DNA of 64,000 nucleotides from NCBI GenBank assembly GCA_964411345.1, contig CAYPKP010000002.1, forward strand, positions 67,312 through 131,311, in the 5' to 3' direction. A program made the translations under genes and the position numbers. The DNA comes from an uncultured Rikenella sp. (lineage in GTDB: Bacteria; Bacteroidota; Bacteroidia; Bacteroidales; VadinHA17). A model generated the notes under the pieces. That model saw only the letters and a program-made list of their open reading frames with translations. It had not been told where the DNA came from and ran no database searches. This document shows positions 24,909 to 32,633 of this stretch, piece after piece; the stretch's first letter is position 1, and every line of letters begins with the position of its first letter.

Positions 24909-27900
24909 TTATTTCCAGAGATAGATGTTATCATACCATACATTGGTCAGGTTGGCGGTAGTAATCCCGATCTGGGCTACGTTGCTTCTTGTAAGGTTAC
25001 CTGCGACAACCCCTCCAAGGGCGGTGATATCAACATCCACGGAGACCCAGGTACCCGCAACTATGGCAGGTGTTGTTCCCGTGTTGATGTTGACTTCCAG
25101 GGCAGAAGCCTCCCCTGTGCCACCTGCAAAATCAACCAGTTTTACATTGAAGACATCACCGGTAAGGTTGGTATCATCCGTATAGAAATCGAAATGGATA
25201 TGTGTGAAGGAGGAGAGGTCCTGCCTGTTGGCAGAAAAATCAATTCCGTGACAGTCTACTCCGGCATTCTTCTTCAGGGTATTGTTACCGTCGATTGACA
25301 CCTGGGTGACAGCTGAGCCTCCGCACCATCCGGCATCAAAGTTTCCAATGGTGATGTTGGTATAGGCATCACTGTAGATGGATACCACATTGGCGGCGCT
25401 GCGTGCAGGCGGCGTAGGAGCTGCAGCAGTCGGTCCCGTGGCCGTGCTGCCGCCGTCATTGTAGAAATAGAAATTGTCTATCCAGACGGTGGTGGCGCCG
25501 GAAGGCTGTCCCACAAAGATATACTGTGCCAGGTGAGCCCTCGTCGTCAGGCCGGCGAAATCACTCAGCGGTATGTCATAGCTGACCCACACACCCGTTG
25601 CAGGTGAGGCATAGTCCTTCTGGTGTTCCACATCATCACCGCCCCCGAATGCCCCGTCGGCACCAAAGTCAACAAGCTTGACACTGAAGCTGGTGTAGTC
25701 GGCAGACCATACATCAAGGTGCACGTGGGTCATCGACGTAGCGTCAATGGTCGATGAGGTGGTCTCCACACCGACAAAATTGAGCGCAGAATATTTCTTC
25801 GTCGGATTACCGGCTACAGACACCTCCTCATAGGTCGCAGCAGACCAGTCGGTTCTCCAGGTGTCCACCGTAACGTTGGCGTAGGCACCGCTGAACAGGG
25901 AGATTACATCATCAGTATTCCTTGCAGGAGGCGTCGGCGCCGCAGCTGCCGGCTCTGTTGCCGTGCTGCCGCCCTCATTGTAGAAGTAGATATTGTCTAT
26001 CCAGACGGTGGTGGCGCCGGAAGGCTGTCCCACAAAAATATACTGTGCCAGGTGAGCCCTCGTCGTCAGGCCGGCGAAATCACTCAGCGGTATGTCATAG
26101 CTGACCCACACACCCGTTGCAGGTGAGGCATAGTCCTTCTGGTGTTCCACATCATCACCGCCCCCGAATGCCCCGTCGGCACCAAAGTCAACAAGCTTGA
26201 CACTGAAGCTGGTGTAGTCGGCAGACCATACATCAAGGTGCACGTGGGTCATCGACGTAGCGTCAATGGTCGATGAGGTGGTCTCCACACCGACAAAATT
26301 GAGCGCAGAATATTTCTTCGTCGGATTACCGGCTACAGACACCTCCTCATAGGTCGCAGCAGACCAGTCGGTTCTCCAGGTGTCCACCGTAACGTTGGCG
26401 TAGGCACCGCTGAACAGGGAGATTACATCATCAGTATTCCTTGCAGGAGGCGTCGGCGCCGCAGCTGCCGGCTCTGTGCCCGTGCCGCCACCCGATTTGT
26501 AGAAGTAGATGTTGTCCACATAGACAGTGCTCAGATTGCTTGAAAGCACCATCTGGGCAAGATCCGATCTTGTCTGGTCTCCGGCAAAGGCCGTTATCGG
26601 GACATCCACCGAAACCCATGAACCTTTTGCCAGTGCCGGAACATCTCCGCTGGCAGTATGGACAATGGTGAGTATATGGCTTGAAGCCTCTGCGGCACCG
26701 CCACCGAAATCAACATTCTTTATTGAAAGTGACTTCGAGACAACCTCATCGGGAGTCCAGATATCAATATGGAAATGAGTCATTCCCGAGGCATCAAACT
26801 TGTTGCTGCTGAAGTCAATACCTGCGAAATTGGTGAATGAATACTTCTTCACATCATCACCTGCAACCTGCACATCTGCAACATCCGAATCATCCCATTC
26901 TGCTGACCATGTTGAGACAGTTCTGTTTGTATATGCGTTGCTGAAAAGAGATATTACATCAGCAGCATCCCTTGCAGGCGGCACCGGGGCAGCCACGGCC
27001 GGCCCACCCGCTGTTCCTCCTCCGGAGGTGTAGAAGTATAAATTATCAAGATAAATATCACCGTTGCCGTCGAACTTCAGCTGAATAATATCGGCAAGAT
27101 CAACCGGAGAGAAGGCAGTCAGCGGAATATCAACACTTGTCCATCCTGTTGTTGGCACCGTGAGTGTATAGTCCTCTTCCACAGCTGGCGTTCCGGGACT
27201 TATCAGCCAGACTTTAAGTCCTGTTGAGTTTGCTGTCCAGAAGTCCAGGTGCAGATACTCCATACCTGTGACATTCTGACTGGCTGCCAGCTGTATGCCC
27301 TGGTAATTCAGTCCGGCAAACTTCAGTGTATTGTTACCAGCTACCTGAATTTCAGAGACCACAGTAACCTGGCCCCAGTCGGGGTAGTCGGTGCCTTCAA
27401 GATTGGTGTAGGCATCTCCGTAGATGGAGATCACATCAGCCGCATCCCTGGCCGGAGGCGCTGGTGCAGCCTCAGTGGGTACTGTAGGTGTACCTCCTCC
27501 GTTACCGTAGAGATAGACATTGTCAAGGTAGAAGCCCGACAGGGATGATCCCAGGCGTTCAAGAATTATCTGTGCCAGTTTGCTCCTGGAGGAGAGTCCG
27601 GCCAGAGGAATGTCAACACTGATCCAGCTTTGCGAAGCCAGCGGGCCGGCAATCTCATAAACAAGAGTTGGGTCATTGCCATCGAGGGCTCCGTCGGGAC
27701 CCATATCCACCAGCTTTATTGCAAGTTTGTCTGTAGCAGCCACCGCATTCGGAATCCAGATGTCCATATGCAGGTGTGTCATGGTGCTGGCATCTATTGT
27801 CGGCGATGTAAACTGAATTCCCACAAAATTGAAATTGGTATAGAAGAGCACATCATCATCACCTACCTTGAAATCTGCTGAAGTGGTAGTCTGGTAAGGC

Positions 27901-28901
27901 TGCCAGTATCCGTTGTAGAAATCAACCGGCACGTTAACGTATTGATTGCTGAAGATGGAAATAACATCTTCCTGGTCCTGTGCGGGCACCGGGGCGTGTG
28001 TAAAATCACCCGAGGAATTGACAGTCAGTGATCCCATGGCATCCGTACCGCCGGCAGTGGCAGTGATAACGGCTGTTCCTTCACTAAGTACCGAAACCAG
28101 TCCTGTTGCATCCACGCTTGCCACACTCGCATTTGAAGAGACAAAAGTAAAATATGCAGGTGCCGCATTGACTGTCTGGTCGATTCCGGTGGGCATACTG
28201 AAGGATACTCCCAGTCCGCCAACGGGAAACTTCAGTCCGTTCACGGCCGATTCAACCTCATCATTTCCTCCCAGTATCATCGGCTTCCGGTGAGCGATGG
28301 TGCCAAGCTTCTCAAACTTCACCTCATCAATCCAGAATGTATATCCCAGGCCCTCTTCGGGACCTTCGGAATAGAAAAACATGCCCTTCTCCTGCTTCAG
28401 CCTGGAGGGATCAGGTATCGGGATGATGTATTTCTTCCAGTTGGTATTTACAGCGACATTCTGCATTGAGACGAGGTACTTTGATTCCCCGAGGTCATTG
28501 CCGAAGCCAACCAGGTCAATGCTGGCTGATTTTGAAGCTTTGGCCCAGAAGGTCAGTGCATCGTAGCCTGAGAGATCACGTCCCACGTTTGTAAAGTAAG
28601 TACCGCCGGCATAAGCCCCCAGCGGATCCTCAAAGTCAGGCACCTCGAATCTCATCGATGCCGAACCCTCATATTTAACCTCCTTGTCAACATCAAAAGC
28701 GGTTACCTTGGAACCGCCAAATGCTGCATAGTTGAGTCCGGCGCTGAAACCGTCGATGAAAACTTCGGGTGTGGTGGGATAGGAAGCAAGCTCCAGTTCA
28801 TCAAAATCCCTTGTACAGCTGCCGGAGCCCGCGAGCACCATGGCAGCGATAAGGAGAACTGCTGACCAGTTATATTTCTTGTTTTTCATTTTAGTCTCCA
28901 T
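24909..28901 (-). CDS. 1330-aa multi-module surface lipoprotein (candidate surface glycan-binding protein; 7 CBM-like beta-sandwich modules + Big_2-like domain)
   Basis: Lipobox LAGSGSCTRDFDELE (alternative ATG at 28889). The N-terminal module ends WIDEVKFEK. A Big_2-like segment follows (SNASVASVDATGLVSVLSEGTAVITATAGG). Then come six ~170-aa modules, each ending (Y/W)xDN(I/V/L/F)Y(L/F)(Y/W) and joined by GGG...AAAPTPPAR(D/N)xxDVIS(L/I)(F/Y) linkers. The position after susD/PKD and before GH16 fits an SGBP. Confidence 0.7.
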   Translation of the reverse strand: METKMKNKKYNWSAVLLIAAMVLAGSGSCTRDFDELELASYPTTPEVFIDGFSAGLNYAAFGGSKVTAFDVDKEVKYEGSASMRFEVPDFEDPLGAYAGGTYFTNVGRDLSGYDALTFWAKASKSASIDLVGFGNDLGESKYLVSMQNVAVNTNWKKYIIPIPDPSRLKQEKGMFFYSEGPEEGLGYTFWIDEVKFEKLGTIAHRKPMILGGNDEVESAVNGLKFPVGGLGVSFSMPTGIDQTVNAAPAYFTFVSSNASVASVDATGLVSVLSEGTAVITATAGGTDAMGSLTVNSSGDFTHAPVPAQDQEDVISIFSNQYVNVPVDFYNGYWQPYQTTTSADFKVGDDDVLFYTNFNFVGIQFTSPTIDASTMTHLHMDIWIPNAVAATDKLAIKLVDMGPDGALDGNDPTLVYEIAGPLASQSWISVDIPLAGLSSRSKLAQIILERLGSSLSGFYLDNVYLYGNGGGTPTVPTEAAPAPPARDAADVISIYGDAYTNLEGTDYPDWGQVTVVSEIQVAGNNTLKFAGLNYQGIQLAASQNVTGMEYLHLDFWTANSTGLKVWLISPGTPAVEEDYTLTVPTTGWTSVDIPLTAFSPVDLADIIQLKFDGNGDIYLDNLYFYTSGGGTAGGPAVAAPVPPARDAADVISLFSNAYTNRTVSTWSAEWDDSDVADVQVAGDDVKKYSFTNFAGIDFSSNKFDASGMTHFHIDIWTPDEVVSKSLSIKNVDFGGGAAEASSHILTIVHTASGDVPALAKGSWVSVDVPITAFAGDQTRSDLAQMVLSSNLSTVYVDNIYFYKSGGGTGTEPAAAAPTPPARNTDDVISLFSGAYANVTVDTWRTDWSAATYEEVSVAGNPTKKYSALNFVGVETTSSTIDATSMTHVHLDVWSADYTSFSVKLVDFGADGAFGGGDDVEHQKDYASPATGVWVSYDIPLSDFAGLTTRAHLAQYIFVGQPSGATTVWIDNIYFYNEGGSTATEPAAAAPTPPARNTDDVISLFSGAYANVTVDTWRTDWSAATYEEVSVAGNPTKKYSALNFVGVETTSSTIDATSMTHVHLDVWSADYTSFSVKLVDFGADGAFGGGDDVEHQKDYASPATGVWVSYDIPLSDFAGLTTRAHLAQYIFVGQPSGATTVWIDNFYFYNDGGSTATGPTAAAPTPPARSAANVVSIYSDAYTNITIGNFDAGWCGGSAVTQVSIDGNNTLKKNAGVDCHGIDFSANRQDLSSFTHIHFDFYTDDTNLTGDVFNVKLVDFAGGTGEASALEVNINTGTTPAIVAGTWVSVDVDITALGGVVAGNLTRSNVAQIGITTANLTNVWYDNIYLWK
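25441..26478. repeat. near-perfect tandem duplication, 2 x 519 nt, in frame inside the 1330-aa gene
   Basis: 25481-25957 and 26000-26476 (offset 519 nt = 173 codons) are identical by eye except 25518 g versus 26037 a. A few more mismatches lie at the 5' edges (25461-25480 versus 25980-25999). Confidence 0.9.
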
Positions 28902-28907
28902 TTATGG

Positions 28908-31900
28908 TTACATGCCTATATTGAAATGCAGATAAGTCCTGATCTCCCATTCATTGCCCCTGGGATAACCCGGCACCGTGGGGTCACAGATCATATCTCC
29001 GTTTACGTCTATGTTTTTCGTCGGACAGTAGCGGGGTGAATACTGATCAAGAGAACGCCAGTTGAAACGTATTCCTATCCGTGTCTGTGGCAGGTCGACC
29101 CATTTGGGTTTTGCCACGAAGGTTGACAGGTCAGCCTTTATCTGAAGGGGGTATGTCAGGTTGAAGTCGCGGTGATAGTCATATGGACCCCAATCGTTGA
29201 CCTTGACCATCGAAATCAGCTTTGCCTTTTTGTATATCATTCTGAGATCTCCGCCGTACCGACGTATCAGTCGTTCGTCGCTCCCGTTTGATTCAGCGGT
29301 CCCCGCAAAGAGATTGGCAATTAATCCCAGGTTGGGTGTTGGCTTGGAGACTATCCGGGAGTATGCTTCCCAGAGGTCGCGTGCCGGCGGCGCGCCGTCA
29401 AATGCAAAGGTAGCGCGTCCGTCTGCCAGTATGCCTATGGCAGCATCCTGGGTTGTCGGGTGGTGGCGGTAGACGAATCCGGCGCTGATCGCGAACGGAG
29501 CATCTTCACTCTCGTCATTATCCCATTCGTACATCCAGGTAGCGGGTGTCGGGTCATAGGTTAACAGGAACTCTCCCGCAACCGTCTCCCTGTTGTGCCT
29601 TACGGCAAAGGGATCATCCAGAATGTTCCTGGCTCTTCCCGGAGCCGGCACATCTCCCGGCACCGGACCAATGACCGGCTTCTGCCACAGGAAGTTGGGA
29701 GCAAACTGGAAATCACCTACCAGCACGGTCAGACCAGTCAGAAAGTTGAACTGGTTTCCGCTTCCGCTGTCCTTGAGCCTCCATCCCGTAAAGGTCTTCG
29801 TGTAGTCGGCACCCCCACCGGCCACCAGTCCCATGGCAGCTCCCTGGGCATACCAGTTTACAGGTCCGGCGGAGAGAGTCAGTTTGGCCTTGCCGCCCCA
29901 GGTGTCATTGGAATTGATCTTATCCTCATAAACGGTGTAGTTGCCTGGCTCTCCTTCCACCAACTGGAACGTCTCTCCCACTCTCGGCTGGCCTGCCCAT
30001 ATACCTCCAAGTTCCAGTCCTACGGGCCCCATCTGCCTTTTGATATGCAGTGTGGTTCTTCGCGTCGGCGGTGAGGGTATGGCAAATGAGCTTACCGCCG
30101 GTGCCTGTTCATCAAGGTCCTCATGATAAATCCCCGTCAGGTCAAACCCGGCAAGCGTCCTGCTGTATTTTACCAGGACGGCAGGGTTGGCTCCCCACCA
30201 GAGCTCCGGCCCGAAGGCAACCTTCAGACCATCCAGTGCCCTCTTACCGTCAATCTCAAAGCCGAAAGGCGCCTCACCGTTGTATATATCCATATTCGGA
30301 CCGTAGTTGGCCTCCGGATAGAGGCCGAAGAAGTCGCCCTCATAGCCCCAGTGATAGTGACCGGTGCGGTAGAAGCTGGTAAAGTCAAACATTTTGGCAT
30401 TCCAGGTAAACTCAGCACTGTATACTTTAACACGGTTCAATGCAGAGAGCATCAGATTGCCGTCATCGGTATTAACCTCGCGGGCACGGCCCCTGTTCTC
30501 ATAGAAGATCTCATCTATCGGATTCTCCGCGATATTGCCCAGAACGTTTATGGCAACCTTCCCGCGAAGGTTGGGGGCAGGATTTGCTTCCACGTCGACA
30601 TAGAACGACTGCATGTGATCGAAGCCCAGTTCATCCGGGTATTTCAGGGCTCCCGGAACAGGGTCAACCGGCGTTGATATCCTGCTGCCCCCTGTACTGA
30701 ATGTTGACAATTCGGCTCTAAGCCCGCTGACCCGCACTTTTTTGACCTGCTCGCCGACCAGTGTAGCTTTGTCTCCTCTCGCCCGGAGGACGGCATCGCT
30801 CAGTTCAATGCCTGAAAAGTGCCTGTCAAGCGATTCGGGTGTGACTCCGTCATCATAGGGATTCACGGTGTGAACCTCCTTCAGTGCATAATATGCCGCC
30901 CGGGGGTAGAGCTGGTAAAGCCCCCGTTCATTTGTCGGACCCTTGGCGCAGATACCAAACCACTCCTCATTCATGTTGTTCTCACCCGGCACATAATCGT
31001 TGAGATAACCGCCGTTGGCCCAGGAGGCATGGTTGTCATGAACGTCGAGGTCCGTGGTCTGGCCATATTTCCACCAGCCGTCGCTGAACTGGAACGTGAA
31101 GCCTCCGATGCAGTTACCGGCTTTGCCGAGACCTGCTGCATTGGCATAGATCTCCTTCCAGTTTTCTACCATGTAGTAGGCCTGGGACTGCTGGTCTTCA
31201 TCATTTTCAACGGCATTGAATGCATCAGCACCAAACTCCGTGAACATGATCGGAATGTCGAGTACATCCTTCACTCTCTGGAATGCATCACCAAAAGATG
31301 CTCCCCTGTACATGTTCACGCCAAATATCTCAACATCAGTGCACTCTTCCGCGATGATATCCAGGAAAAGCAGATCACCGTTACAGATTGCAACGGGATG
31401 CGTCCTGTCAATATCCGCCATTACATTCACTGCTTCATTAAAGAGCTTGTACATATGACGTGCCCTGGTGGTCGACTTTCTGTCCTCCACCGGGATATCC
31501 TCCGTTTCGGCTCCCTCCCAGAAAAGACCATAGTTGTTTTCATTGCCCAGCAGAAACATCAGCAATCCGGGCGTATCCTTGTAGTCGTTTACCATCTCCT
31601 TTACCTCGGAAAGGAGCAGCTCGCGAACGCGCGGATCTGAGTACTCGGTGTTAGGAACCCACTGGCCGCTCAGGGTGAGACCATACCGCCCGAACGAATG
31701 ATTTAGCATTGTGTAGATGCCATAATTCCTGTAGATGTATTCGATCCATCGGGCCGGGACCCCGGTGTACTGTCGTATGGCATTCACACCCATATTCCTC
31801 AGAAGCGACATCTCTGCATCGAGGGCAGCCTTTATGACGTCGTCAGACTGCTTCCACAGACTGTAGGTCACAGTCGTTCCTATGGGAAAATAATCCCAGT

Positions 31901-32054
31901 TCATACCGTTGATCATAAAATCCTGGCCGTTGACTGCCAGCTTGATTTCGTCATCCTGCCTTACCACAGTAACCCTGTCAGCCTGCGCATTCATGGCTGA
32001 TGTTACTGTAAATAAAACAATTAGAAATCGCAGAAACAGGAGATTTTTTTTCAT
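28908..32054 (-). CDS. clan GH-A glycoside hydrolase domain fused to a ~600-aa C-terminal beta-barrel-like region
   Basis: SPI-type signal MKKNLLFLRFLIVLFTVTSAMNAQA with no lipobox. Residues ~30-420 carry LLGNENNYG (N171-E172) and IMFTEFGADAF (E273), the spacing and motifs of a clan GH-A TIM barrel, plus GFTFQFSDGWW as in GH2-type catalytic domains. Residues ~440-1048 are Gly/aromatic-rich amphipathic strands up to ...NEWEIRTYLHFNIGM. Confidence 0.6.
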   Translation of the reverse strand: MKKNLLFLRFLIVLFTVTSAMNAQADRVTVVRQDDEIKLAVNGQDFMINGMNWDYFPIGTTVTYSLWKQSDDVIKAALDAEMSLLRNMGVNAIRQYTGVPARWIEYIYRNYGIYTMLNHSFGRYGLTLSGQWVPNTEYSDPRVRELLLSEVKEMVNDYKDTPGLLMFLLGNENNYGLFWEGAETEDIPVEDRKSTTRARHMYKLFNEAVNVMADIDRTHPVAICNGDLLFLDIIAEECTDVEIFGVNMYRGASFGDAFQRVKDVLDIPIMFTEFGADAFNAVENDEDQQSQAYYMVENWKEIYANAAGLGKAGNCIGGFTFQFSDGWWKYGQTTDLDVHDNHASWANGGYLNDYVPGENNMNEEWFGICAKGPTNERGLYQLYPRAAYYALKEVHTVNPYDDGVTPESLDRHFSGIELSDAVLRARGDKATLVGEQVKKVRVSGLRAELSTFSTGGSRISTPVDPVPGALKYPDELGFDHMQSFYVDVEANPAPNLRGKVAINVLGNIAENPIDEIFYENRGRAREVNTDDGNLMLSALNRVKVYSAEFTWNAKMFDFTSFYRTGHYHWGYEGDFFGLYPEANYGPNMDIYNGEAPFGFEIDGKRALDGLKVAFGPELWWGANPAVLVKYSRTLAGFDLTGIYHEDLDEQAPAVSSFAIPSPPTRRTTLHIKRQMGPVGLELGGIWAGQPRVGETFQLVEGEPGNYTVYEDKINSNDTWGGKAKLTLSAGPVNWYAQGAAMGLVAGGGADYTKTFTGWRLKDSGSGNQFNFLTGLTVLVGDFQFAPNFLWQKPVIGPVPGDVPAPGRARNILDDPFAVRHNRETVAGEFLLTYDPTPATWMYEWDNDESEDAPFAISAGFVYRHHPTTQDAAIGILADGRATFAFDGAPPARDLWEAYSRIVSKPTPNLGLIANLFAGTAESNGSDERLIRRYGGDLRMIYKKAKLISMVKVNDWGPYDYHRDFNLTYPLQIKADLSTFVAKPKWVDLPQTRIGIRFNWRSLDQYSPRYCPTKNIDVNGDMICDPTVPGYPRGNEWEIRTYLHFNIGM

Positions 32055-32223
32055 ACTATTCAGGTTTGAGATTATCTGCTAACTTTTTTGTTTCTCATGA
32101 TGGCGGCCATTCATTCAACTGCCTCCTGCATCATGAGCTGAAACAGCGTTACAAGTAAGTTAAAAGTTGTTTCAAGTCCTGCTGTCTGATAGAAAGAAAA
32201 ATACATCATAAGCCGTCAAAATA

Positions 32224-32240
32224 TACATCAATACTACATC
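32224..32240 (-). promoter_or_regulatory. promoter-like element shared with the susC upstream region
   Basis: The minus strand reads GATGTAGTATTGATGTA. The susC upstream region has TGTAGTATTTTTGATGTA at 42241-42258. The embedded TAGTATTG is one mismatch from TAnnTTTG. It lies 170 nt upstream of the ATG at 32054, inside an AT-rich island. Confidence 0.4.
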
Positions 32241-32490
32241 ATATATTTATTATGTGTCTATTATACTATGCTTTATCAATTATTTTAAGCGTCACTGGCT
32301 CATCATACAGTAAAAACCTGTACATCAAAAGGAGAAAAGAAGAACGCGAAAGGAGGAGCAGGATAACTGGGCGGTGATGTATAAACGAAGAAGAGGAGGA
32401 GAGCAGATTTACATCAGATGATAGACCGGAGCAGCACGCCGGACTGGCCCTTGACATGCATCGGACAATCCCCGGAACCGTGCCCTGGAT

Positions 32491-32611
32491 CTGCAGAAGA
32501 TAATCCGACGTAATCCTGTGCCTCATATCCGCATAACATAATCCACGGGAATCCCGCCTCGGTTCTGCACAAGATAATCCGCCGTAATCCTGTGCCTCGG
32601 TTCTGCACAAG
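32491..32611. repeat. intergenic direct repeats (34-mers and 17-mers) rich in GGATTA units
   Basis: 32491-32524 ctgcagaagataatccgacgtaatcctgtgcctc and 32565-32598 ctgcacaagataatccgccgtaatcctgtgcctc differ at 2 positions. cctcggttctgcacaag occurs at both 32557-32573 and 32595-32611. Confidence 0.9.
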
Positions 32612-32633
32612 TCAAAATCCTCCGGGTCCTCCC

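Noticed and set aside
25441-26478. Possibility that the repeated DNA is a CRISPR array, IS element or assembly-only artefact
   Set aside because: The unit is 519 nt with no spacers. It is in frame and encodes a complete protein module homologous to neighbouring diverged modules, so it is a coding tandem duplication. Assembly copy-number error remains possible and is flagged in the findings.
30123-31640. Plus-strand ORFs 30123..30677 (184 aa) and 30819..31640 (273 aa)
   Set aside because: Antisense to the 1048-aa GH-A fusion gene, which has a signal peptide and catalytic motifs. The translations are compositionally biased and motif-free.
32266-32610. Minus-strand ORFs of 114 aa (32266..32610) and 64 aa (32414..32608) in the regulator/GH-A intergenic region
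   Set aside because: Two overlapping frames are open only because the GGATTA-type repeats lack stops. The predicted peptides are repeat-derived (…TEAQDYGGLS…), with no start context or family resemblance. The region is treated as non-coding repeat/regulatory DNA.
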